29,732 nucleotides of DNA from Psammoneis japonica (GCA_008632985.1 QPGO01000023.1:186001-215732); one strand, 5' to 3'; shown: positions 1-12,647, counted from the stretch's first letter. Numbers and translations are program-made. The notes: generated by a model from the letters alone, not told the origin.

Positions 1-1
1 A

Positions 2-1288
2 TACTTTTATCCTACAAACGCCTCCTCACCATGGAGGTCCATATTCTCAAATTCGACGCTGGATGGTTGCGACTCTTTTGATTTCCAAAACGTCGAACCT
101 AGTCAGTCGCGTGCCTTTTATGAATGGCTTTTTGCAAAAGGACGTAATGTGGGCATGTTGTCATTCGAACCAGACTTTATGAATCAGAACTACATTTGTG
201 TCCCTTGTTTTATTCACTCTGCCACCAAGTCTCCGCAGTTTCTACACGCCATGGCCGATGCAGCGCTAGACGCGAATCTCACAATCCAATGGTGCTATGC
301 GAGTCCAACTGATGTCCTTGAATCCCTTGCAATGCCTTCCGTCACCAACTTTCGTGTGAGTTTTGACTTTTGCTATGGCGAAAGTTGGAACATTGGAACC
401 AGTTCATTGCTGGTCTGGGCTCTTGGTGCTTTTCCTTCCAAGGACACTCTGTGGACAACTGATAACAACCGTCTCATCGTGCCAGGGTGCACCTGGACAC
501 CCGACCACGAAGGGCCGGCCGCCGAGCTACACTTGGTACTTGCATTGATGAGCATGGGTCCGGTAGGCATCTCAGACGCACTGGGATTCTCTAACGCAAC
601 ACTGTTAAAACGAGCAATTACTCAGAATGGGACGCTTCTAAAGCCGTCAAAGTCAATCACCACAGTTGATTCGTTTTTGGCTCTCGGCAACAAGCACCCA
701 AGGCCATGTGTATGGAACCTATTCGACCGTCGGCGAGGTTACAGTGCACCAGCTGGTTTCGTTCCAACTGGAGAGTACGTGCTCACTTAATCCTCTTGAT
801 TTGTTTCCCCCAGTGGATAGCGCGACTCGTACCTACGTTTACCGAAGATTTGGGTCAACTTGCAACAACGGCACGAACGCCACTTCATGCGTAAGTGTTG
901 TCAAAGCCGAAGCATTAGCCTCTATTTTACTACCAAGAGCCGACTTTGAGAACGAGACAAATGGAAACAGCTTCTCGCCAACCACCACAACCATTTGGCC
1001 TGTATGCGAAGCTCGGGTTGGGTTGTGCTTGGTGACTTGGGCAAGTATGTTCCCTTAAGTTCCATTCGATTCGTAGACGTGAATTGCACATTGCATGGAG
1101 CTGACTTCAAAGTCAAGGGAATACCAGGGGAAGTCGTCCCGGTCACAATTCTGACCAATGTGCTCTCCTCTGAAGCAGAAGTTCTGGTGTTACGTTTAAG
1201 ACTCCCGGCGGATCTGGGTAATCTCGCGGTAAGGTGTCAGTACAACGACTGCATCGCCGGCCGCAATAAATATGCAGCAAATGTTTAG
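2..1288 (+). CDS. C-terminal part of an uncharacterised putative glycoside-hydrolase-like (GH36/raffinose synthase-like) protein; 5'-truncated, two apparent frameshifts
   Basis: Frame open from base 2 (YFYPTNASSPWRS...GMLSFEPDFM...IQWCYASP...VTNFRVSFDF...WNIGTSSLL...PSKDTLWT...SMGPVGISD...GTLLKP). Protein-like sequence continues in other frames after ~695 (GHVYGTYSTVG) and ~1010 (GWVVLGDLGKYVPLS) to a stop at 1288. Family call is from motif recollection, not a search. Confidence 0.55.
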
Positions 1289-2118
1289 TTGGAGCAAGCA
1301 GTGCAAATGAGTTTGAATGAAACACAGGATGCAGTTCCCGCACAGGCTTAATTGCAGAATGATAGTCAGTCGGCAATTGCATCATGACTTTGATGAGTAG
1401 TTTGCGCTCCAGCTGCCTCTCGTTATCCGCCATCAACAAACCACCAGCGTAAGAAATCGCCTTCCGAATCATTTTGGCAGACAATTTTGGAAAGAGCAGA
1501 GCAAGAACGGCCTTTTTTTTTGCAAAGAAATGGCGCAAGTCAGCAGAGGAGAGCGTGTCAGCGCTAGGCTCAGCCACGCGTCATGGAACACTTCGTGCCG
1601 CACAATACCGGCGGATCTCCCATTTCTCAGATTGCCGTGGGGATCGTGGCATGGACTCGCATCGAATTTGGCGTAGAAAACCAATCGACGATGGTAATGT
1701 GGAATCAAGCGAAATAACGACAACAGAAGTAGTTCCAAAGACTCGACCGACGAGACCCACACTGGTGTATCCACACGCCCTTACTGATGTGGCCGTTTTG
1801 TTCACGAAATTGCATGTAACAAATCGCACAGTGTCAGATTGGCGCAGGGTGGTAAAGTGTACACATGGGGTGCCAGTCATGTCGGACAATGTGGTCACAT
1901 CCCTGATAATGCACAGAAGGTTGTACTACTACTTACTCTTATCTCTACTAGAGGGCTACCGGTATCAGGTATAGGCTCGCCTCACTACTGCATCGGTAGC
2001 GCCCTTTTTATTCGCGTAGGAGCATGAACGTGTCGGACTGTGCTACTACATACAAGAAAACATATCATACGTAACAAAATTTCTGTGGGTCCAACAATAG
2101 CTCAATCACCGTTAGTCG

Positions 2119-3317
2119 CTAACTCGCAATGAGCGGTTGTGAGCCACTTGTCTCATAAAATATTGCAGGCAAAGCAAACTCGACATCATTCTTGTTCACA
2201 CCGTCGGCAATCGCAAACAGTACTTTTTCTCTAACTTCGGCGTATTCGGAAGTACCGGGTCTGATGTCGAAACTACAGCTCACGCTAACTTGAATATGAT
2301 CAGCCTCGTACGTCGTTAGTCGCACGCTTGCCGAAAGCAGTTTGTCTTCACATACTGACTTGATTTCCTGTTCAATGTCCTTCAGTATCGTTGGTAGCTT
2401 GCCCAGATCTTGATATTTGAATCGTAAGGTTTGCTTGACCTGTGATTTGGTGACTTTGCTGTACATGCTAACGCGTTTGCCTGCGATTTGGCTATTCGGA
2501 ACTCGCATGGGAACGTGATCGCTTCCCAAGAGCTCCGTTTCAATCAAACCAATGCTCACAACGGTTCCTTCCGTCCCGTCTTGAACACGGATATACTCGC
2601 CCACTTCAATAGCATCCCAAGCACTCAACAACAGGCCACTCACAATCTGTTCCACCATGCCTTTGGAACCGAGACTAAACAAAATCGCGGACAAACCCGA
2701 GGCCGCAAAGAACGAATTCAAACCCCTACCGAGTGGGATGCCAAGAACGTGGAGCACATTGTATCCAGTCAAAACTCCAAGAGTCAAATCGCCCAGTCGG
2801 TCAAGCAATGCCACCTTGCCCATGCGAGTCCCATAAACCAGCTTGTTCAACATGAGGTGCTTGATAGCCGACAACGCCTTGCTGCCCCAAATCAACAAGC
2901 CGACATGAGGAGCCACTTCAAAGAGATCTTTGGTGAGGGGCAGTGCAGTCTGTAACTTGGGTATCAAAGTTTGTAAAAAGTCTACCAACAGAGTGATACC
3001 ATATGCCTTTGTGCCCAAGTCAATGCTTTCTGCGGCAGCGTACATGAGTGTCTGTTTGTAGCGGCCCTTTTCATACGTGAGGTGCGTGGAATTGAACAGT
3101 CGTTCGACTATTGGATCCATGATTATGGTCAGCACGTAGCGCCAAGTAAATACGGGGACTTCTCCAACAAGGTCTTTTTCACTATTGCTGTTTCCGCTGC
3201 GTCATGTTCTTCGCTAGGTGCTTCAAGTCGCAGCCTGCCGAGAAAAGCGCCCTGAACAGGAAGCACTTGTTGAAAGCTCGCGAGCGTCAGAAGCAAGAGA
3301 ACATAATATTTCTTCAT
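2119..3317 (-). CDS. MscS-family small-conductance mechanosensitive ion channel with N-terminal signal peptide (possible bipartite plastid presequence); one apparent frameshift near 3135-3180
   Basis: ORF 2119-3135 shows the MscS TM3/beta-domain pattern (GLSAILFSLGSKGMVEQIVSGLLL...IEVGEYI...EGTVVSIGLIETEL...VPNSQI). Upstream ATG at 3317 gives MKKYYVLLLLTLASFQQVLPVQGA-F, a hydrophobic signal peptide followed by Phe. Confidence 0.85.
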
Positions 3318-3626
3318 TGTACGAACAAATTCGTCAAGAGGCTTAAACGTTTGAACGGTGGGTACCAAACAAAGCTGGTAATGGTAACAATCGAGTCCGA
3401 CGTCGTGTCGCCGCTGGCAGGTTTCAGGTTGAAGATGCGGTGTGTACAGCACCTATCATGTCGGATCGCGATCTTTTTGCGGTGGTGATCTTGCGCGCTT
3501 CTGTTTTTGCGCGCGTAAGGTGTGTGGAATGCATGATGGCATTGGCTCTTTTGGGAGACAAAAGGTGCTTCAACAAAAGTTTCGCGCCCTTATCCTACTA
3601 TCTCTCCCTATGGGTTAGTTCTACAG

Positions 3627-6320
3627 CTAGCTAAAAGTCTTTGAAGGGTACGAGCAGATCAATGTTTCTTGGTCAATGAACCACCACCCGGATTCTTGAG
3701 CCCGCTTCTTTTTCCAGTCCTCACCCACTATCCAATTGTTGTGAGCACAGTACAGTGGTTTCTTGGTTGCGGCAGAAAATGAATCTTGCCCCAGACTGTA
3801 CGCATTGTCATTGTTCTCACCCACCAGCACGGCGCCATTTGGGAATACAAAGCGGTCCAAAAGCTCCACATGGAGTTCCGAAGCAGCGTCGCGTTCTTCG
3901 ACTCCTGTTGGCATTGTCTCTGGGTTTGGCGTTATTGTTGGCCGGTATATGCATGACGAGTAGTATCGTTCACTGGGGAACTTCTCACAAAGAATCTCAT
4001 CGAAGCTCGGCTGCTCGGTGACTTTAGAAAATTTTGCGTGCTTTTTTTTCGTTTTCGGGAGAAAATAGTGGTGGTATGAGAAATTATTGCGTTTTGGAAT
4101 GCCGAAACAAGCCTCTACTTACCTTGACAATGGCTCGAAACGCTGCCAAGACAATTTTACTGTGTGGAGCCACGTACAAACCCGAATTGAGTCGACACCG
4201 TCCCGCTGGATTTTCCGTTTGGATGGTGCTTACAGTTTCGTGTGGTTGTCCTTCTCTGCTGTCATTTTGCTTGTAGGGCGAATTGGATTGGATTGCCATG
4301 ATACTATTGCCAGTGACGGAGGTTTGGTTGCTCATGTAGCCCGCCAGAGCGTCAAAGGGATGGACAAACCACATGATATCAACGTCGCTCCAGATAACGG
4401 AATATCCCGCCTCGAGAACTTCGAGAGTCGCTCGACTCTTGAGTTTGGTCACCTTCTTGAGTCCCTCACTGCCATAAGTACCCCCAACTTGGGCCAATTT
4501 TGTACTATTCGTCTTGTCGGTAGCCTCAGCCGCAGAGGCAGCAGTCAAAAACATGGGCAAGCCCTGCCGTATACCCCATTTGTACACCTTTCTGTCCAAG
4601 GCGGCAATGACAAAGTGGTCATTCATGCCCACGCGTTCCAGAATGCACTTGAAATTCAACAGATGCTCACGGTATGCATAATTGACGGCCGTCAACAAGA
4701 CAAAGCCGTCGGATTGGCGAGCGTGCAATCGCAATTGTTCGTGCAACGTATACCTCCAATGCTTGGTGGCGAGCTCGGTCGCCTTGCTCTTCTCTTGGTG
4801 TCGTCGTCCACCAACGGGAGCTTGGCAAAATTCCAGGCATCGCGGCGTGTCATGTTGCGCACCCGTTCTTGCTCGGATGGATCGTCGCGGGCGGTAACCG
4901 GAGATCCAAAATAGTCGCGTTGTGCAATGTCCCATTGATGATTATTCTGGTCGCTACGAGTAGCATCCTTCTCCTTCACATCCATAACGTAATACGGACA
5001 ATTATCGGGTGTCCCGTGCTTGAGCATGTATTGCCGTGTCGTTGTTGCTGTTACAGACATAGAAGTATTGGTTTCTGCTTGCGGCTGTTGTTGAAAAATT
5101 GTGGTTGATGCGCCAAGTAGCGATTCAGGTACACGCCCGTCGTTCCAGACCACAAAGCATGCGTCCAGTCCGTGTAGGCGGAACCTTGTCCGCGCTTGTG
5201 TTCGTAGTGCAGCCATTCGGTCGGAACCGCACTGGCGTCAATGGCGGTGCGATGGGCCGTCAAAATGATCATGTCAAGCAACCAATTGTCGTACGAGGAG
5301 TACGGATAACGAAAGGGTGGAATACCAAAGGGCAGTAACTGCGATGATTGTTGTTGCTCATAGATAGTTGATGCAGTATTCCACGCCCAAAAATCGTAGC
5401 CACCTGTCGTGTGCCGTTGTCGTGTACCGTCGTCGTTAACATCCGTGCGCGTCGACACGACAAACCACCTCGAGTCACTCGTCTGTGTATTTCATGGACA
5501 ACAAACGGACTATAGTGCCCTGCCGCAGGACGTATCCGTGGCAAACGTGTCGACTGAAGTTGCTTCGTCAAGAATTGATGCATGGCTTGAAAATTGTTCA
5601 CGTGCAAATCCGAATTGACAAACGCCACAACGCCACCAATAGTAGTAGACGCCAACACTTGCATTTGCCGCAGCATTTGGTCCAAGCGCGGTAGGCCTTC
5701 GTCCGTGTGTGCAGCATACAGTGGGAATATCGGATCTGCACACACCTGTCGGGTGGCCGCATCATTGGTAAAGACGACGAGCTGTCCGCGACGGCGGCTG
5801 CTGCCGCTCAGTTCCTTGACCCATTTTGCAGCGTTTCGGGTAGTTGATTCGTGGTAAACGGCGGTGGCGCGGTGAAGACGAGTATGTGATTCTTGTTGTT
5901 GTTGTGTTTGTTCTGTAAAAAAGTCGTGACGCAAACGTCAGAGCGTCGATGCGGCACGGCCTTGGCGGCCGCTTTCAAGGCGCGTTCTTGCAAGTGTCGG
6001 CTGTATGGATGCAATTTATTTTTGAGAACGTCTTTTTGTTGCTGCCAGTGTTGCTTATGTAACAGTGCGGACTTGTCGATAGCTTTCTTGCGTTCGCGCT
6101 CGGTGTGCTTGTGGTGGCAATGGAAAACAATAGAAGAGGTGGCCGTCGCCACGAGCACAAAAATCAAAACCAATTGCTGCGTCGACAAGCACAAAAGCAC
6201 ATTTACACCAATATGTCGCACTTGAATCCGTCGTCGTTTGCGATGGTGTTGACGAAACGACGGTATTCTATTATTGTGCATAGAGCTCGGCCTCCTCGCT
6301 GCTGAAAACAGTTGCATCAT
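3627..6320 (-). CDS. Type II membrane glycosyltransferase: N-terminal GT-A-like domain plus C-terminal nucleotide-diphospho-sugar transferase (PF03407/GT77-like) domain; several frameshifts, one intron
   Basis: C-terminal domain: FVLLTAVNYAYREHLLNF...VIAALD...VTKLKSRATLEVLEAGYSVIWSDVDIMWF (DxD)...RLNSGLY...TEQPSFDEILC...LLDRFVFPNG...HNNWIVGEDWKKKR. N-terminal pieces: basic tail plus TM (VLIFVLVATATSSIVF), GLPRLDQM...VAFVNSDL, GGYDFWAWN...IPPFRYPYSSYDNWL. Confidence 0.78.
4041..4122 (-). other. Spliceosomal intron (82 nt) in the glycosyltransferase gene
   Basis: Minus strand AAG|GTAAGT...AAAG|CAC; removal joins AFRAIVK to HAKFSKVTEQPSFDEILC in frame with the ORF ending at 3627. Confidence 0.65.
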
Positions 6321-6659
6321 GACGTTGATCTCTAGTTGTCGACTCCAGTCGATGCATTTATAACGTAGAAAACAGCGTGGAACAGAGAAAAGGCATTCAC
6401 ACAAGAATGTGTGGTAAGAATAAAGAAGCACACGCCAGTTTGAGCAGAGACGCCCGACAAACTGCTCGATGGTGCGAAGGAGGATTGCGTGCGTGGTCGC
6501 TTTGAGGTGTCGCAGCAGTGATTCGGGCTCGTCTCACCCACTCTCTCTGGCATCAACAGCACCAACGTACTCAGGTGCGTTCAGAAAGCTCCAAGAAGTA
6601 TCGTGCCGGTAAGCTCAAAGCTGCTTATCATGGTGATCTTGGTTGTGTGTCGGTAGAAA

Positions 6660-6860
6660 AATGTGAACGTTATTTCAACGAAAATTTTTAAATTTCACAA
6701 TGCAAGCCTGTCAGCCATAGTTTCAAAGGCTGAAATAAAGTACCTACATATTTAAAATAATATATTATAGATATTTAGTAATATAATTGATTGGATTTTT
6801 CTTTTCCGTTGAGTTTACATTTATTCGTGAGTTTAGTTTTGTATAATTATTCTAACGAGG
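6660..6860. other. Short AT- and TpA-rich intergenic island upstream of the glycosyltransferase and abutting the eroded repeat block
   Basis: e.g. tttaaaataatatattatagatatttagtaatataattga; by eye the most AT-rich stretch in the window. Confidence 0.7.
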
Positions 6861-6905
6861 GTACAGCACCGTACCGTACGGCAGGCGGACAATGTACAGT
6901 AATGC

Positions 6906-8825
6906 ATGAGAACTAACTTGACAAAGATGTTTTTGGTGTGCGTGCTGCACAAAAAGAGATGCGGGGATAGATGGACATGCTGGACACGCTGGACACGCGT
7001 CACCATCTTGTCTGCAAAGTTGCCACTCTTGACAACAGCCAAGAGGGGGATCGCCAAGGATGACATGGTTTGTGGAGGCGAGCCTGCCACTCCTCCTTTT
7101 CACCACGCCGTTGCAGATGAGAGCTGCTGTGGCAAAGAAAAGCTGGTGCTGCTCTCCAGAGAACTCTGGAGGCAGTGGCAAAAGTTGCTGCACAGCTCTC
7201 TCACAGCTGCAGCTGACAAAACTGCAACAACTCGAGGACCATGAAGGGGCCACCTCTTTGCCACACCTCACATTTTCTTTTTGCTGAAAAGCTGTCTCTC
7301 CAGAGAACTCTGTGGAGGAGAGGGAAAAGTTGCTGCGTGGCTCCCACAGCTTCAGTTGACAAGAAGCAGTGGTGCAACCATGATGGGGTCACCTCTTCAC
7401 CACACCTTGCATTTTCTTTTTGCCGTCCCTCCAGACTTGTGTCATGTGGTCACCTGACCTGTGGCAACATCATCCAGGTGTGCAAAAATCTCTGAGTTTG
7501 GCAGAGTGGTGCATCATCGGACATTTTGAAAACCAGCGCATTGTTGCATTGCATCTGTGACAAGTTGCTTGTCATGCCTCTGGCATGTGGGTCAAGTTGA
7601 CCTGACAAGCAAGACCACCCCCTGCTTCCATTGCCCAGTGACAGGTCTCCTCCCTGTGCTGCACAACAGTGCAAGAAGCCTGCCGATGCCCCACCACCAC
7701 CACCACCACCACACAGCACACACACAAGAATTGTTTGAAACAACATTGCACACATTGGCAAATTGCACAAATGGGTGCATTTGCCTTTTCCCATTTGCGC
7801 ACATGCGAGTTCAGTTTTTTTTTTGCAATTTCAGCATTCAAACGAGGTGGACCACCCAGTGCAAAGGCCAGTGACATGAGACAAAAAGCAACAGCCACAA
7901 CCTCTGCAAAGAAGAAATCACACATCATGCTTGGAGCCAGCAGCCAATGAGAACTTGACAAAGATGTTTGGTCTGTGTGCAGCACAAGAGATGGATGTGG
8001 GGATGGACATGCATCACCAAGTCTTGTCTGCAAAGTTGCCTCTCTTGACAACAGCCATGAGGGGTGCTGTCAGAAAGGATGACATGGCTTTTGGAGCCTG
8101 TCACTTCTCCTTTTCTTCACACCATTGTCTGGATGAGAGCTGTGGCAAAAACAAATGCTCTCCACCCAGACAACTCTGGCTGGAGTGGCAAAAGTTGTTG
8201 TGCAGCTCTCTCACAACCAACTGCAGCTGGCAAACTGCAACAACAAGAGGACCATGAGAAAGGGGCGGGTTGCCTCTTTGTGCCACACCTTGCATTTTCC
8301 TTTTGCAAAAAAGCTGTCCCCAGAGAACTCTGGAGTGGGAAAAGTTGCTGTGCAGATCTCACAGTTTCAGTTGACAAGAAATGATGCAGCCATGATGGAG
8401 TCACCTCTTTGCCCGCCACATCTCCTGTTTTTTTTGTCATCTCCCAGCACCCCACCCCCCTGTGGGGGGAGGACAACCAATTGCTGCTGCTCATTCCACA
8501 TGCACAAGTGACCCATCTTGCTTTGCACTGAAACATGGGTGAGCCCGTTGTGTCATGTGGTCACCTGCGGCAACATCCAGGTGTGGTGCAAAAATCTGAG
8601 TTTCACAGAGTGTGTCATTGGACGTTTTGAAAACCAACACATTTTTGTTTTGCATCTGTGACAAGTTGCTTGCCATGCCTTGGGCAAGTGGGTGAAGAAG
8701 CTGACCTGACAAACAAGATCGCCCGCAATTGCCCAGTCATAACAAATCCCCCTGCAATGTGCAACAGTGCAACAAGAAGCTGGCTTTTGCATCCCCCACC
8801 CTGCTGCACAGCACTCACATGCACA
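6906..8825 (+). repeat. Degenerate tandem duplication (~1.04-kb period; copies ~6906-7730 and ~7948-8825) with an internal ~150-bp subrepeat
   Basis: Shared blocks include atgagaac(taac)ttgacaaagatgttt, tcttgtctgcaaagttgcc.ctcttgacaacagcca, gaggaccatga and gcatctgtgacaagttgcttg.catgcct. In copy 1, ctctccagagaactctg...aaaagttgctgc...cacctctt..ccacacct..cattttctttt occurs twice. Confidence 0.85.
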
Positions 8826-11800
8826 ATGGCAGCTGGTCCTTCACCTCTCCTTCTTTCCAGCCTCTGCAGCAACCAGGCAGCCCTTTTTCTCCACCGTCCA
8901 AATTTCCACCTCTGAGGCAGCAGCCACATTGTTGCCAGGCACTGCCTTGTTCCAGGGCAGCCCTGCCACAGTTGGTGCCAATGATGAAGACAATTGCTTT
9001 CTCCTGCTGAGCTCACAAGAAGCAGCAAAAGTGACAACTCTTCTCCAGCCAAATGTCCTGGAGATTTGAGGTGCTCAACCCAGCTGGTGTCTCTCAGCAT
9101 GGCCCTCCTCTTCCAAAAGGACAAGACTTGTTTCTTTTCCACCCCAGATGAGTTTCCTTTTGCCCTGCCAGCAGCATGTGATGCATCTGCACACTCTCAT
9201 GGCTTGCCTGCCAACAACTTGCAACCTGACTGTCTTGGTTGGTGTGGATGACTCTGTTGTCACTCAACTGATGAACAAAGAGCTTGCCCCCCCCCCAATT
9301 TTGCTCTGACAAGGCTGTTGCCAGCCATGGCCTGCAAGCTCTGCCACCTCTGCTGCTGTCTGTCTGAGGGTCCTTGCCTTGCTGGTTGCCATCGAATTGC
9401 CATTTTGCGTGCACAAATCATGGCATCCAGTTGGCACCCTCTGTCAAAAACCAAGCAAAACTGCCATTGACACACTTTTTGGCATTTTCCCAGCTCTCAA
9501 ACTGAAACCAGTCTGACTTTGCCACCTCATGTTGCAACAAAACAAAAAAGAACTTGCTGAACTCTATGGTTTCAGCACAGCACACAACAATCAAGCAACT
9601 TCAATTGCTGGAGCTTGCGCTTGCATTTCCAGGAAGCCAAGCACTCAACAAATTTGACAGCTTGTCACAAGCCCAACTGCCAAGAAAAATCCCAAAACTT
9701 TTGAGACCAACCCCAGGAGTCCAACAGCAAAGAAGAGCCAGAAGACAGCAGCAAGCAAGGCAGGCAGTGCTCATCAGAAGTCAAGCACAGTGTGGAAATC
9801 ACCCCTGTCATCACATTGATTTCAGCCATGCAGCCATTGCACTTGCAGAAGCACACAGTCTGGGACACTTTGTGCTTGTGTTTGCTTGGTTGAACAACTG
9901 GGAGACAAGCACAAGGAGAAATGTCATCATGAGACAGTGTGGCGCAACCCAAGAGGTGAGCAGTGTGCTGCTCACATCTCCTTGTCCTGAGCACTCCCAT
10001 GTTGTTGCCAACAGAAAGGGTTTCCCCTGTGCACTGGTGCAAAACATCAACAAAACAAAACCCAAAGTCTGCATTTAAAGTGCTGCTGTGCTTCCGCCCT
10101 GGTGCAACTCTGGCAACAAGCTGACCCACACCCCAAGCACATCATGTGATGCAGCAGGGATGTGTGACAATTGGTCAAAATTGATGCCAAAAGGCTGTGG
10201 TGCCTGCCAGAAACAGCTGACAACAACAAAAACAGGGCCAGCACATCAAACAACAAGACTTCAAAAGGAAAATGCCAAATGCTTCAATGGGGCCTTCTTC
10301 CTGGGATTGGGTCTGGCAGCAAAGGTGAGACAGGCAGTCTGGAAGAGTTTCAACATGAGAAGGAATGGGACACAAATTGAGCACCAACTCACACTGAACT
10401 GGGCTCAAACTCATGCTTCTGGGAGCAGCAACAATGGAGGATTGTTCACAGCATGGAGCAGAGAACATAAATGGACAAAGAAAAAGGGGAGTTGTTGATG
10501 CCGGAGAGGCATGGACCAAGAGCAGTTGGCAGTTTTGGCTGGTCAGTCATCCAAAATGACTTTTGAGACACACAGAAAATGTGCTGACTTGTGTTGACAC
10601 TTGTCGGCACAAGGAAGAATGGCCAATGCATGCTGAGTTGGTTTCATCTTCAAACTTCTGAAAACAGCAACAATGGAAGATCATTCACCATGTGACACAG
10701 GAAACTTAGAACAGACAATGGGGAGAAGGGGGGTCATTGACACTTGAGAGGTGTGGAGAGAGAGAGCAATTGGCAGTTTGATGCATTGTCCATCTGAAAT
10801 GACTTGCAGAACATGCAGAATTTGTGCTGAAACTTGTGCAGAAACTTTGCACATGAGAACAGAAAATGCCCAAAAGAATGCTGAGCAATCAACCAAAAGG
10901 GCTTGATGCCAATTGTTTTCCACTGCATGAGATTGCCAATGATCACAGAACAAAGGCATGTCAACAAAAGAACAGGTCTTAACAGGCAGGCAAGAGCCAT
11001 CATTTCACCATCAGAGAAACATGGCATCTGCGCCAGAGCTTGCACAGAAATGCATGCAGAGGGTGTGGCGCTGAAACCAAGGCAGAATTGTGGCACAAAA
11101 CATCAACAGTTCTCTGCACCATTTGTGTGTTCCCTTGAGAAATGGAGGAGCTTGCACATCTTGGCTCTCTTGCTCCCACTGACAGGTCAGTTCAGAGGGA
11201 GTGATTGCTGCAGTGGGGAAGATGCTGCTGTCATTCCATGCATTGTGCAGTTGCTGTGGGGGCAGGGAATTCACAAGGAAACAAACAAGCAAGACTTGCA
11301 GAGCGGAGCACAGCAACATCCATTTTTCATGCCATTGTCAATCATGGAGAAAGATCCAATGGCTGGCTCACATCCAAGTTTCAATTGCTGCTGCTGCACG
11401 CTGTGATCAACATTGTTTTCCTTTCTTTTGGTTGCTCAACAAACTCTGATGCCTCTGCCTGGGTTGGTCATCATCTCTGACACAAGCAAGGAAAGGAGAG
11501 GCAGAATTCATCCAACAGCTTTCAACCCACATGTGCTGGTTTCTTCTTTAGATCTGGCCCACAATCATCTCTGCAAGAGGGAAAATGTCAACTGTCCATG
11601 TCAATGATGGCAACTTCAGGGCAGCCTGTGGCACCACCCTCAGTTCTGTGTGGCTGGACAGCTGCTCTGCAAAAGGCACTTTGAGTGCATGCAGCTTGGA
11701 GCCCACAACAAGACTTGCAGCTCACGTGGATCCCAACCCACTGGCATCATGTTGTGCACTGAGCTCAACTTTCAGGTTGTGTGAGCAAGTTCAGAGGTCT

Positions 11801-12100
11801 TTCAAATTTTTGCGCAAAATGGCAGAACGTGGCACAACCTCACATGAGCAAAGCATGAAGTCAACAATGACCTCTGGCTCCGTCCAATGATGATGATGCA
11901 TGGTTTCATGAAGGCCAATGATCCAGATCAAAGAAGCATGGGTTCCTGGAAATGATTCCAATCATTCAGATTGGGTGGCACTCGCATGGGTTGGAGGAAG
12001 AGGCACTTGGGCTTGGGGCACTTGTGACGTGCGATTGCAGTTGTTGGAAACTCACACCGCACAATGGTTTGAGGGTTGTCCTTTGGCTGGGAGAGATGGA
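6970..12100. other. Heavily eroded repeat/TE-derived domain, depleted of both TpA and CpG; family not recognisable
   Basis: About 7 TpA found by eye in ~5 kb, few CpG, strong TG/CA excess; all ORFs are short, Cys/His/Trp/Gln-rich and nearly Tyr-free. Confidence 0.75.
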
Positions 12101-12513
12101 TTCTCATGAAATCATGGCTTGAACGGCATGTGGACAGTGAGAACGCATTTCGATTGTCCGGAAAAGATGTTGAGAGCCAACATTAGAGTGCATCGTAAAC
12201 AGCTTTCTAAAACTTCTCCGAATTCATTTTGTCCAGCCCATTTGTTTCTCTTCCACCAAACATTGACAGCTCCATCAGTGCTGGGAATGATCTTGTTTAC
12301 AACGTAGTCAACCGTTTCATTTGCCGACGCGTTGGGCTTTTCACACAGACTGTTTGGTCCCATCCACCCACCTGTGGCGTGCAAGTGACATCCTGGCACC
12401 ATTGTTTCCGTGTACATTGCTGTAAGAGCTCTTGCATCGTCATGTTGAGACGCTTCCATGAAAATGTTTTGAATCACACCGGACTTGACCAACCGTGACG
12501 CTCCGCGAAACAC

Positions 12514-12618
12514 CTGTTGGAAAATGACAGAAGCGGGGAATGGCAAGACAACAACATGAGCACACTGTGAGATGGCATGAGCAACTCGAGAAAAACAAAA
12601 CCAAGATGTAACTCGCAC
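12514..12618 (-). other. Spliceosomal intron (105 nt) in the FkbM gene
   Basis: Minus strand CAG|GTGCGAGT...TTTTCCAACAG|GTG; splicing gives DVEGFEPQVFRGA, matching the usual FkbM spacing. Confidence 0.75.
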
Positions 12619-12642
12619 CTGCGGCTCAAAGCCTTCTACATC

Positions 12643-12647
12643 CACCT
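12643..12647 (+). repeat. Left 5-bp target-site duplication CACCT
   Basis: CACCT directly before the 5' LTR; identical copy at 20535-20539. Confidence 0.95.

Larger units (their letters stand above)
12112..12647 (-). pseudogene. FkbM-family (Methyltransf_21) methyltransferase, 3' part, separated from its 5' part by the copia insertion
   Basis: (V)DVEGFEPQ|VFRGASRLVKSGVIQNIFME...VNVWWK; continues exactly from ...IPVLK at 20540 once the element and one TSD copy are removed. True stop uncertain; the TGG after WWKRNK may be a former TAG. Confidence 0.85.

Noticed and set aside
1143..1974. Short ORFs on both strands between the first gene and MscS (e.g. 1143-1577 minus, 144 aa)
   Set aside because: No recognisable domain and overlap with the neighbouring gene end; cannot be supported without expression data.
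6833..12109. Dozens of overlapping Cys/His/Trp-rich ORFs that could be taken for metal-binding or toxin-like peptides
   Set aside because: Expected by-product of TpA loss (removes TAA/TAG and Tyr) and TG/CA gain; they occur in all six frames with no conserved motifs.
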